Shown here piece by piece: positions 39,601 to 50,400 of a stretch of DNA of 64,000 nt. Numbering within the stretch: position 1 is the stretch's first letter; each line of letters begins with the position of its first letter. Origin of the DNA: Amoebophrya sp. A120 (Eukaryota > Protista > Dinoflagellata). The notes beneath the pieces were generated by a model. It saw only the letters and a list, made by a program, of their open reading frames with translations. It did no database searches and was not told the DNA's origin. A program made the translations under genes and the position numbers. The stretch spans positions 3,336,013-3,400,012 of the forward strand of contig CAJINV010000008.1 of assembly GCA_905178155.1 (NCBI GenBank). Direction: 5' to 3'.

Positions 39601-42300
39601 TTCGCCCTCTTGCATCTATCAGCATTACAGATTTTCGATCGTGATTAGCAAAAATTTGTATTGCAAAAGATGCCAGCAAGAGCGGCGCTTGTCATGCAAG
39701 CGATGCTATGTACGCCCAGACTGTGCATCAGAAAGAGTCATACTCCTTTCTTGCATGACAAAAAGTTTTCGTTTGGAAACTTCGCATCACAAATCATTGC
39801 AACTTTGGGGGTAGGGGCATTTTTCACTACAATATTCGCGTGCTGGTGTTTCTCGCCCTGTAGCTCCGCCCGCAGCTGGAAAACCTCCTTCTTCAGTGCT
39901 TGCTTTTCCAGTTCCACCTTCACACTGCAGTCCTTCTCGTATGCACGAGGACAGACTCCTCGTCCCCTCATTTGCAATCAATGGCAGGTTGAGCAGCAAC
40001 AAAAACTATAACAGCCGAAATCTACTAGTAGCTTCAGCGTAAACAAATCCAAGCACATGTACTCCAGTAGTGCTGCTGTCGTCGACAAGAACCTCCCAGA
40101 CTCAATTACTATAAAAGCGTAAAAGTATTTCTGGCGGTGCCACTTCTATGCACGAGAAATGAGGGGGATAGGAATTCCAAATGGAATTGTCCGCTATCAT
40201 AGTTCAACCTGACGAAAATCCTTCTCCAGGTTCTTCTTCTCGCGCTCCAAGTGACGCAGACTGCTTATGCAAGCGCCAGGTGTTGAAGCAAATCTGTACT
40301 GCGCAAAATGGGCCACAGCGAAAATGAAAATCGTAATCCGGCCATCCACTTCTGAGCGGCGCGATACTCATTTTGCCACGACCTAGCACCAACCTGTTTC
40401 TGTCTCCAACTCCATAGATGACCGAAGACCGGGTTAGTACAAGCGAGTGCAGCTCTTGTCATGCTATAATTCAGCGCCCAACGAGTCATTATTACGTCAG
40501 GTGTACGATTCTTGGCTTCACGCGTCTCGCACTCGCTGCAATGCAGATGCTTAGCATTATTTCAATTTGATGATGTGTAGCAATATTTATTCAATTTCAT
40601 GCATAGCCGCCCATTTATCCACTTTGATGCCTTTCCACATGACACTTCCATACTGCCATCGAAAAGAAAAGAAATACTGCGCCCCTTGTCCACGATAAAT
40701 TCCGATGTGTACCGGAACCGAGCCTACTTGCCCGACCCCCGGTGATAGATCGAACTGGTGTATGAAAAGCTACTTAGTACTATAATGCGAGGCAAGAGAT
40801 ACAGCGAAACAAATCGTGCGTTCAGGATCGAAATGCAATTTTCTTGGACGCGGCGACGCAATCCAAAAATGAGGGGTCCCTAACTGCTCTCGTGCCGCCA
40901 CAGGGCGGTTTGCGCCGTCTGGACCTCCTTTTTGAGCAGAGTCTCCCGGTCTTTGAACTCTTGCTCCAACCGCCGGAGCTGATGTTGTGCAGTTTATGTT
41001 TAGAGTGTCCCTAGGCAGTCCCGAAGAATCACACGCTTCCCAGTAGAAAGAAAAGCGCACGACTGCTCCAAATATCTTCTAATATGCGCATCTATTTACT
41101 TGCCCGAAATGAATTATCTGCTACCTTACCGTGGTCTGAAACTGGTCCTCCACATTCAGCAGCGTCTCTTCCAGCGAAGCGTTCGCGGCCTCCAGCGTAT
41201 TGATCCGCCTCTGCAAATGCTGCGCCTTCTCGGTCAGGAGTTTAGTATTTCGGTCGTCGGCTTCTAAAACGCAAACGGCCTCTGTTTCTTGCCCCTTCGG
41301 CCTGATGGTCACCGGGGAGCTGTGCGTGATGGATGCGCCAATCAAACGCCTGTTGCAGATAATTTTCAAGATACCTACATCACTCCGCCTAACTCTGGCC
41401 CACGGGCCTGCAGCTGCAGGTTGTGTATGTTGCTTTTACAAGATCCCGCGGTAAGAGTCAAACAATCTCCCTCTCCCGTACCCTGAGCTATGTGATAAAA
41501 AGGGGAGAATCAACTGAAACGACATGCCGCAATAAGATCTTGACCTTGACTGTCTAGATTCAGCTCCGGCTGCTCCATCTCGTCCATTCCCAGCGCCGCT
41601 TGGCCCGCCGCAATGGATTCTACGCGTAGCAGATCCCTCTGAAAAGCGATCACTACTCGTCACCCCAACCTTCTTCCGCTCTCCGCCGGCCTGATGCCCC
41701 GATTCCGTCCGCGGTAGTGATTCGCCCTCGGCGGTCGCATCTGTACTTTCGCCGTCGAAACCGCGCCCGAGCAAGGTCAAGTTCTCTAGTTCCAGGCTCC
41801 GCACTTTCTCCTGCAGTTGCGCGAATTCCTGCTCAAGAAAGCGCTTCTGTTGCGTCTCCTGTTTCAGGTCGTGCTCCAGGTGCGCGTTTTTTCGCTCCAG
41901 CCTATGCATTGGAAAAGTATCGCCCTATCGCAGTAGGATAAACTGCATCAGGAATTTTGGCAAGAAGAAATGTGGAATTTTGTTGTACTTACTGCTGATT
42001 CAGGTCACGAAAGGTCTCAATTTGCCATGCATGACTGGTGCAGTAAATTATACGCAGAATGGGTACGATGCTTTTGCAGAGGATACAGCCCGTCGACCTC
42101 CAATTGCCAGGCGCGGGCTTCCATCTCGGTCGCCGGAAGGCTGCGGAACTCCGCCAGCTTGTGCTTCGGTGATGTCGTGCTGGGCGCAGGCAGCTCTTGA
42201 AATAGGGTGTTCGGCTTTTTACGCCACCGCGCATCGACATGGTCGTGGATGCTCGGCATCCTGGCAAAATGCGACACGTGCCCGGGCCGCGTGCGGAGGA
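36611..42300 (-). CDS. Multi-exon coiled-coil protein with long low-complexity C-terminus; start and some junctions uncertain
   Basis: Heptad-rich exons LERKNAHLEHDLKQE, LQRRINTLEAANASLEE, QLRRLEQEFKDRE, LRHLEREKKNLE and LEKQALKKEVFQLRAEL precede ORF 36611..38704. Confidence 0.6.
39175..39481. mobile_element. Family-E TIR intron element (307 bp, ~39-bp TIR)
   Basis: TATGGATGCGTCAGGATTGAAATCGACAAAGTTGAAATA...TATTTCAACTTTGACGATTTCGATCCTGACGCTTCCATA; perfect DR GTTGG. Confidence 0.9.
39530..39834. mobile_element. Family-D TIR intron element (305 bp)
   Basis: TATTACAATGAAAAATGCCCCCACCCC...GGGGTAGGGGCATTTTTCACTACAATA; perfect DR TTCGC; gives HQHAKEIRKIRAWYE. Confidence 0.92.
41903..42085. mobile_element. 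Short TIR intron element (183 bp)
   Basis: TATGCATTGGAAAAGTATCG...CGATGCTTTTGCAGAGGATA; perfect DR CAGCC; gives EVDGL|ERKNAH. Confidence 0.82.
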
Positions 42301-42784
42301 AAAGTCCGATAATGCTCGGTCCCTACTGCAGTTTAATACCGGCGTTCCCGGAGGAACTAGTCCTCGGGAGGAAGACCTACGCAACTGCACGGGACGAACG
42401 AGAACAAAGAACCTATTAAGCGGGTGAAGACCATTTTTATCTTTTGTGGCCCCTCTGCAGATTTTGAAACTGTCGCTCGCGGGTTGGATTGACGCCCTCT
42501 GTGTTGGAAAAAGTCACTCACGAGGACGGGCGGCAGCGAATGAAAAAAAGGAAACCGAATTTTTGCCGACCAAAGCTGAGAAAGAAACCGGCTGCGTGGG
42601 AAGCACGAGAGGAATGAACACAACATCTCACAGCACGGGAGATAACTGCCAGCCAGCAGACAGAAACGGATCATGAGCTCCAAAGCTTCCTCTGTTCTTA
42701 CTAGGGTAAGGTTCATTTTCATATGACAGAACTTCTTGTCGCTACCACTTCGTCGTGAAGTAGAAATGATTCATTTTTTTCATA

Positions 42785-45577
42785 TCACCTCTTCCGGAAC
42801 AGGAAAAATTGGCATTGTTGATATCCTGCGTTGTTGAGCATCAAATTCGACACCAATTCTAATTCTTTCTCGAAAAAGGAATGGTAGTCGCGCAACACCT
42901 GTTTGGTGCGGATCGTGACCACCCCGAGCAGTCCCGATTTGTCGCGCAACACCCGCACCCACTCAGTCATCCACTTCTTCCAGTTCTTTTGGATTAGCGT
43001 GTGCGAGCCGTGGCGCTGCCCCCACGGCGGGTCCACGAAGATCAGATCGACGACCCCGCTGCGGAAGGGAAGGCGGTTGCACGTGGTTTGGCTCAGAAAG
43101 TCCACCGGTGGCGGGTGCTTGCTCGAGGTGGCTTTCAAGTTCTCCGCCAGCTCCTTGCAGTCCGCGCCAAGGAGGTGGAACTTCGTCGCCGGGAAAAGGA
43201 GTTCTTCACGTGCTTTAATATTGTTCCGCCCAGAAGATGAATTCGAAACTGCGATTTGCTCTGTCTCTGGTCTGCAAGAATCCACCGTGTCGTGGTTTTC
43301 GCCATCGTTTTCATCGTTTTCCCGGCGCCTGGAATTCGGGGCCGGTAGAAGTTCTTGGTCCTGCAACACGGAGCCGGAACTTGACGCCGAGGTTCGACTA
43401 CTACTTGCTCTTCCACCCAACAGCCCCTCTTTATTTGCAGCTTCCCGTTGTTGTAGCCATTCCGCGCCGAGCTCAGTGTCCATCAGGATCTTCGCCCTCT
43501 TCACTTTCCGATCTTGGTCTTCTGCGTCCTGCTGCTTCGTAGTTCCATGTAGTAGTAGCTCTCCTTCTCCGTCCGCACTGCACGATTTCAACACTCCTTC
43601 CTTTGATCGGGAAAAAGTACCAGAGAACGGAGAAAGGAAACAGCCTGCCTGCGGCTGGTGGTCCGAGCCCCCGGACGAGTGTGACGTATTCTTGTTAAAC
43701 CGCGAAGACAATGCTTGCATCACCAGCGGCAACGTGCCTGTCCCGCACATCGGATCCAGAACGGTCAGACAGCGACTCGTTGGAACCAAAGAAGGATCAT
43801 TTTTGCTTTCACCATGGGGGAGTCTCCCCGTCGAGCCGGGATCAACTACATCCGGAGGAGCCGTCGTTCCCTCAACACAACTAGTTTGTCGTCCCTTTTC
43901 AACATCGTCCCTCCGTTCCGCCGCCCGGAGCATCGTAAGTCCCAAGGCCGCCGCCACGGCAGTGTTGGTACCGGTCGTGCTGCCGTTGAAGAGGTGTGTT
44001 TTCCGCTTCATCCGGACCCCGAGCGCCCACAGGTCGCTGCCCGTCACCTGGCGGGCGAGCTGGTCCTTGGCGAGCAAAGCGGACAGGTTGTTGATACAAC
44101 TACACGTGGATGAAGTCGCCGGGGTGGACGACCGGGTCGACGCAGAAGTAGAGCACGAGAGTGATTGTGGTACTGCAGGGCCGCGGGGGTTCCTCTGATC
44201 ACAAGAGCCTGGAGGTCCCGGTGTTGTTCCTGGTGTCGCTACGGAAGTAGTCTCCAGCATCTTGTTCACCCCCGCGGCAGAAGTCGTCGAGTCACCAACT
44301 TCAGGTGATGCTCGGAGTTCGACGGAGGTGGTCCCATCGAGTTCTACTCTAGAATTAGAACTAGAACTAGATGACTTACAACTGCGCTGCTCATGCTTTG
44401 GAGGAGTACGAGTACTAATTTGTTCGCCGCGGGCGAAATAAGACTCTTCGAAGGACATCGATGAATGCGCAGCAAGTGGGTTGTAGTCCTCCTTCTCCCC
44501 CACCGGTTTTTCGCGTGATGCGTTGTTCCTGCAGGCACTGAGCCAAATGCTCGAAGTGCTGTGGTCTCGTCGTCGCAGCTCCTGTTCCGAATCATCTATA
44601 GCTCCGGTTGCAGTTCCTTCTCCTTCCTCTGCTTCTCTTTGGCCTCTTTCCCACCTGTTCGGATGACCATCCTTTCCGTCTTCACTGACTACGGACCGTT
44701 TCATCTCCGCCGCCGCCCGCTTTTCCCCCGCCGCCCGCTTTCCCCCCGCCGCTCTCCTCGCTCCGGGGATTTCCTTAGAGAACTCGTCGCCGCGCTTGTG
44801 GCTGACAAAGATGACGATTTCTAGTTCGAAGTCTTTCATCGACACCGGGGAGGATTTTTTCTCCTCCTCCGTGCGCTCGGGCAGCAACTCGGTCGCCAGC
44901 TCCCCGAACAGGCTACAGAGGTCAATGGACTTCACGGCGAACTCGCCCACCTTCTCGCACGTCGCCCGCCACGGCTTCCGCTGGTTCAGGATGCGCAGCA
45001 GATTCTCGCGGTGTTCCAGGATGAACGGCTTCAAAATCTTCGTTTTCGCTGCCTCCTTGGCCGCATCACTTTCCACCTTTTTCCGCTGCGGGAACTTCTT
45101 GTTGTTCCCCACCCGGTGCTCGATCGCCGGGAACGAGTGCTGCTCCTCCTTGAAAAAGGACTGCGCCGGGAAAGGGATAATTCCGGTTCTTCCGCTATTT
45201 TCCCGCGAAAAGTGTTCTTTCTCTTGGTGCTGAGGGACCTCCACTACATTTGGATTTATTCTTGCGCTCCTGTCGCAGCTTTCAACACCGTCGCAGCTTC
45301 TTCCCAACAAACCCGCCGTTGCGATGGGTTCGAAGAGCAAATCGAACGTCAGCGGTAGGTCTTCGACGGTAGTTTCGTTCTCGGGATGATCATGTACCAC
45401 CTGGTGCACCGGCAACCGGAACACAATCAAATCGTGCACCAAATTTTCGCACACAATCTCTGCTTTGAAAAGCTCAAGCTCGTACAAACACGCCAGACGC
45501 AACCCGTGCTTGTAGACCCCGATCCACGTGGTCGTGTGGAGGGAACCAGGGCCGGGTTGCGGCGGGGGAAGTGACAT
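42785..45577 (-). CDS. THUMP-domain / UPF0020-type RNA (guanine-N2) methyltransferase-like protein
   Basis: 930-aa ORF with SAM motif VLDPMCGTGTL, catalytic DLIFVDPPWGQRHGS and THUMP-like WRATCEKVG...VSMKDFELEI. Confidence 0.8.
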   Translation of the reverse strand: MSLPPPQPGPGSLHTTTWIGVYKHGLRLACLYELELFKAEIVCENLVHDLIVFRLPVHQVVHDHPENETTVEDLPLTFDLLFEPIATAGLLGRSCDGVESCDRSARINPNVVEVPQHQEKEHFSRENSGRTGIIPFPAQSFFKEEQHSFPAIEHRVGNNKKFPQRKKVESDAAKEAAKTKILKPFILEHRENLLRILNQRKPWRATCEKVGEFAVKSIDLCSLFGELATELLPERTEEEKKSSPVSMKDFELEIVIFVSHKRGDEFSKEIPGARRAAGGKRAAGEKRAAAEMKRSVVSEDGKDGHPNRWERGQREAEEGEGTATGAIDDSEQELRRRDHSTSSIWLSACRNNASREKPVGEKEDYNPLAAHSSMSFEESYFARGEQISTRTPPKHEQRSCKSSSSSSNSRVELDGTTSVELRASPEVGDSTTSAAGVNKMLETTSVATPGTTPGPPGSCDQRNPRGPAVPQSLSCSTSASTRSSTPATSSTCSCINNLSALLAKDQLARQVTGSDLWALGVRMKRKTHLFNGSTTGTNTAVAAALGLTMLRAAERRDDVEKGRQTSCVEGTTAPPDVVDPGSTGRLPHGESKNDPSLVPTSRCLTVLDPMCGTGTLPLVMQALSSRFNKNTSHSSGGSDHQPQAGCFLSPFSGTFSRSKEGVLKSCSADGEGELLLHGTTKQQDAEDQDRKVKRAKILMDTELGAEWLQQREAANKEGLLGGRASSSRTSASSSGSVLQDQELLPAPNSRRRENDENDGENHDTVDSCRPETEQIAVSNSSSGRNNIKAREELLFPATKFHLLGADCKELAENLKATSSKHPPPVDFLSQTTCNRLPFRSGVVDLIFVDPPWGQRHGSHTLIQKNWKKWMTEWVRVLRDKSGLLGVVTIRTKQVLRDYHSFFEKELELVSNLMLNNAGYQQCQFFLFRKR

Positions 45578-47423
45578 AGTATGTCGAAGATGAAATTAAA
45601 ATGAGGAGTAGAGCAAAAGAAATTCGAGGGGCGCACCGTTTGCGACAAGTGGCGTGCTGCTGTGTGATAGATTCGACCACGTCTCAGGGAGGGAAAACAA
45701 ATCTCAACAACATCACAACTTCTGAGTGGTAACTTGCTAGCGTCGGCCTGATATATGTTGTATGATGCAGCTTGATTTGATGTTCTTTCAGCAGTTCAAG
45801 TTCGCATCGAAATAGAAAAATTTAGATTTACCGTCGTGGATCATCATCATTCACATCAACTTGCATTTCCTTCGGGTCCATTTTTACTGGCGACTGCTTG
45901 TGCACCAGCAGAGTGCAGATCTTCTTCGATCTTTTTCAGATCCACGAGAAACAACTCGAACGCTCATCGCATATTTCAACTTTCGATCTTCCCTACCGCA
46001 ACTCTACCTGGAACAAAACAAAGTAGACCCGCTTCGATCTCAGAGCTTCAGATCGCTGATTGAACCGAAAGCCGTAAGATTTTTGCAAAGGATCTTCCAG
46101 AACGGGACCGCCTTCTGCACCGTGAATTCGCAAGCGAACAGCATATATTTTAATGAGCTGCAAGTCAGGCCGCGGCACGCCCGACCGCGGAAAAACTGAC
46201 TACTCTTGGGCCCGAGGGTGCTGGCGGGCTTTATTTCTGTTTTTGTTTTAGCGTCGTGTTCCACCATAATGTGAGAAACGAAAAAACTAGCCACGTCTCG
46301 TTCGATCGATGCTGAAGCGGATGGTCTCCTGAGTCGTCCACTCCTGATGTCCGCCGGCAGTGTGTCGCCTTGCACCTTACCGACTCGCCCATTATGTTTT
46401 TCGAAATAAGCAATCTTCTAGTAGGTACTACTGCGACGAATGGCTGTAGAGCAAGTGTGAAAATGGAATAAACTGGTGGTGCTAACATCAAAATGGCATC
46501 TGCTTCCCGCAATCGCACCCCTGCAGATATCAGATCTTTTTCAAAGTCCATTTGTACAGTTTCACCGTGGACAGTAGAATTCCACTGCCTCACCTTCCTA
46601 CCCTTCCCCGGCCCGCGATTGCGAAGCATGCCCTAGCACAACTTTGTACATTGAGGTCGGAAAAATGGAAATAGAAGCATTAGTACTACTCATAGTCATC
46701 AGGTAGAGTTAGAATAGTGGAGATGTGAGATGTTATACTAGCTTTATTCTCGACAAATATAAACACAGGAAAATGAGGTGCGTCTTCGGCGAAATAGAAA
46801 TCCGATCCGCGCCTCCTCCAGGAAGATTGCGGCTTCGCTTTTATTTCTCGTCCTGACGAAGGGCTGAAACAACTACCGAACCAACCGTAAAGCTGCAAAT
46901 CGGACCTTCTTTTCCGCGTCTGTCGTTTTGTGTTGCCACAAACAAAACACCAATGCACGTCGCACCAGAGAGCCGTTACTCACAGCCTTTCCCGAGCGCA
47001 TGAAGTGGTGTTTTTGAATGGACTTGGAAGAGGTGAATAAAGAGTTTTACATTTGTTCGTGTACTCTGTGCAGCAATGCACAGCTCTCTGTAAGATAGCT
47101 TCATTATTGCCAAGATAATTATAACGTTGGTGGTCAAAAACTTTTAAAGGTGAATGTACTATCCAGAACTTCAAAGTTAGAAAAACGGCCAAAACATCAG
47201 TAAGGATAAAACCGACGCGGTGGCACGACAACACCGTAAGAACAGCATCTGATCTGCTCTGTGGTCTGGTCGTACCCCGTCTGTCGTCAATGCGCCATAT
47301 TCTCAAAAAATTCTCCCCCGTGGCAGCTCCGTAGAACCAAAACACCAGCAGCCGCAACACAGACTCCACGGCAACACAGACACGTTGATATCTGGCGCCC
47401 CAGAGTAGTTAGTTGTTGCCTTT

Positions 47424-50400
47424 TTACCGCCCCCTCTTCTGCGAGGCGCCCGGGTTGTAGCCGTTTCCGCCATTTTGTGCCAGCAGCAAACCCAACAAAA
47501 GTCCGCCACCCACCCAAACGAGCGGGGCCGCAACGGAGGTGGAGACGATCCTTTGCTGCTGTCCGCTGCTGTCGTACGCGACCGTACTACTGCTCGTCGT
47601 GACAGAGGAAAACACAAAGTAGACGAAGTTTGAGACCCCGGACCGGAGTCTCGCCGGCAAAAATGTCGGCAGCACGCGGTTTGTCGCGTTGTAGCACCGC
47701 AGGGCGAAAAACGATGATCCGGCAGGGGAGTTGTAGTAGTTGTTCGACCCGGGAGCTGCATTACTGCCCTCCTGCGGCCACATCATGGTCCCGTCCGGGT
47801 TGATCTTTGGGTGTTTTGGCAGTTCCAGCCCCAGGGTCTGCGGAATGCGCAAATTCCCCTGGTGATCCAGCAGGTCGTTGTTCGCCCCGACGACTGCCGC
47901 GGCGCCCTTGCTGCTGCCCGGCGTTCGCGGCAGCTGCAGTTCTCCGGGGAGGGTCGTGCCAAACTCCGAGGAGTTCAGGCCTGCGTTCTTCGACGCCGGC
48001 GCCGGAAGCAGCACGTCGTCTTCAAAATTCCCCATGTCTGCGTAGTCCGCCTCGTAGCCGTCGAGGCCGGCCTGCGCGAAATTCTTGCCGCCCTCCGCGA
48101 TCTCCTCGGCGTCCTGGATAATTGACGAGTAATTCTGCGTCAACTGCTGCAGTTTCGCGGTGGACAGCTCCAGGTGCGAGGACGAGGACCCGGCTGTGGG
48201 CCCCTTCACCGGTCCCGAATGCTCGTGCGCGTAGGCCTGGGCGGACAGGTGTTCCTCCTCCAGGGGCAGCGTCAGGCTGTCGGTCATCTGCACTTGCGAG
48301 AGGAGCGGAAGAACCATTTCCTGCGGGTTTACGCTCACCCGCTATCAACGATGCAAATTTTACAGGTGTCTGGAGCTGGATCTGGAAGAAACACGTGCCT
48401 TGCATAATCATATTCATTTCATTCTGAGAAACGACGACGACCTATGTAGTTGCATGAGCAGCCAACGTAGTCGTTCGAATAGTACTAGCGATTCGCTAAG
48501 CGAGCTTCTAAGTAGGCATCAGAAAGCGTGGTCCAAACACTTTTCATACGTCGCTGTCGTTGCAAACCTTTCTAAACTTTCAGAGAGCCACCACCTCCTA
48601 GACACCATTATATTTGCGATGCTTAGCCGCGGCGGCGTCGCGTCCTTGTTCCCCCGAAATTGCATGTCCGCGCTCGATCCGGTGGCGGAAGCGGTTTGCT
48701 GCTGCATGCTGTGCGACGGGGAGCGAAACAAACTCGCATTGTTCATCGGGTTGTTCACGGCGTTCGCTACCACGTTGCTGGTGGACACCTGCCTGGCTTT
48801 GGGGGACAGCAGCAGCAGCTGGTAGGAGTCCTCCCAGTCGCTTTGGTCCACGCCCTCTTCCTATCAAAATGAAAAATGCCCCCTCCCCATATCAAAGCGG
48901 AAATTTCTGTTGCTGGATTTGTGAGGCGTGAGGCGTGAGGCGTAACATGATCGCACTCGGAAGAGGTGGAACAGTCAGCAGCCCGAACTCATCGGTTTTG
49001 CCAGGTCCACAACCCCCTGGGGGTTGCTGGATTTGTGTACACAAATCAGCTCTGTCTTGCTGTGAGGCAATGCAGGCAAAGCCTAAGCCTCCGCAGGGTG
49101 TTTTGGTATAGGCGCTTAGCATAGCAGAGGCCTGCCATGTTGGCGCAACAGCATGACAAACCGCCTGCATAAGGCGGCAGACCATTTGCGTTTGCCCTCC
49201 TGCAAGAGAGACAGGATTTGTGGTCACAAATCAGCATCACAAATGTTCAGAAGGGTACCGCTTCAGTATGGGGAGGGGGAATTTTTCCTCACAATACTTC
49301 CCCGTGCAGGCTCATCCACTCCTCCCGGAGACTTCGCCGCCGGAACTTGAATCGACTATCCGGGACGTTGGTGTGGTAGATGCTGTTTTTCATGTACAGT
49401 TCCTCCGGCCGCTCGAGTCCGAGCCAGTGCAGCACGGATTTTCTATGCAAGAAAAAAACTGAGTAGGCACAAGAACTCTGTTGATTGTGTTGCAGGCGAA
49501 GCAAGACAGTGACGCTTGTCATCACGGTCGACAGGCGTGGTCCTAAGCCACTTTCATGTTTCAGCCTAGTGCCTGCGCATGACAACTTTTTGCTGTCAAC
49601 ATGTTACACGTATTTTTCCCAAAGAGTTCTTTTTCTTACACTCACACAGTTCTTTTCCTGGATACTCCATGGGGTAGGAGCACTGCAGCACGCTGTTGCG
49701 CGCGACCTCGCACAGGTCGGACGGGGACAGCTTCCACAACTGCTTTGCGATGGCGTATTCCTCCAGGAGGGGTTCCTTCGTCTGGTGGAAGAAATATCCT
49801 TCAGAAAAGGAAAAGAATACACCCATACCAGAACAAAATCAATTTGCGTTGCCCAAATAGTCCTCAACAAAAATGCAGCGACCGCAACACAGGCAAAAAT
49901 TGTGTGTTATTCCGAATGCAGTCTGTCATGCTAGTTAGCGCGGTCTAAAGACGAGGTGCCAAGAACTACACTTGTATTGCTGCCCTACCAGCCAAGAAAA
50001 GGCTACTTGTGACACGAAAAACTGCAACGCAGTTTCCTCTTTTTTTGGCACCAGATGGGCGTGCTTTTCCGTAGGATAACATCAACGGATCGTCCGTGGA
50101 CAAGGTCACGTTTAAACCTGTTATAGTCATGTTGCAGAGATCATTTTCTTTGCCAACAGGTTCAAACTCAAAGCCAATGCACAGGAAACAAAATGCAATC
50201 TTCACACTCGATTTCCAATCACAGTGCAAAAAAGATGAAGACCCTGTACCTGTTTGGAAGAAGTGATAAAAGGGGTTCTTGTCATAGCGGAGGAAAAGCT
50301 GGTTGTTGCTGCAGGGCGACATGCTGATTCCGATTTGGCAAAGGTAAAACAGGTACCTGCGGTGGATTTTTTTTATGCCGACTTCCTGCCGGGGGGTCTA

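Noticed and set aside
39329-39814. Cys-rich 'paralogous proteins' (also the tail of 50987..51688, 6183..6377 and 60815..61015)
   Set aside because: These are translations of the repeated elements, not genes or transposases.
42903-44198. Long plus-strand ORFs (also 3966..4919 and 14007..14939)
   Set aside because: They are antisense to GC-rich minus-strand genes and have no recognisable motifs.
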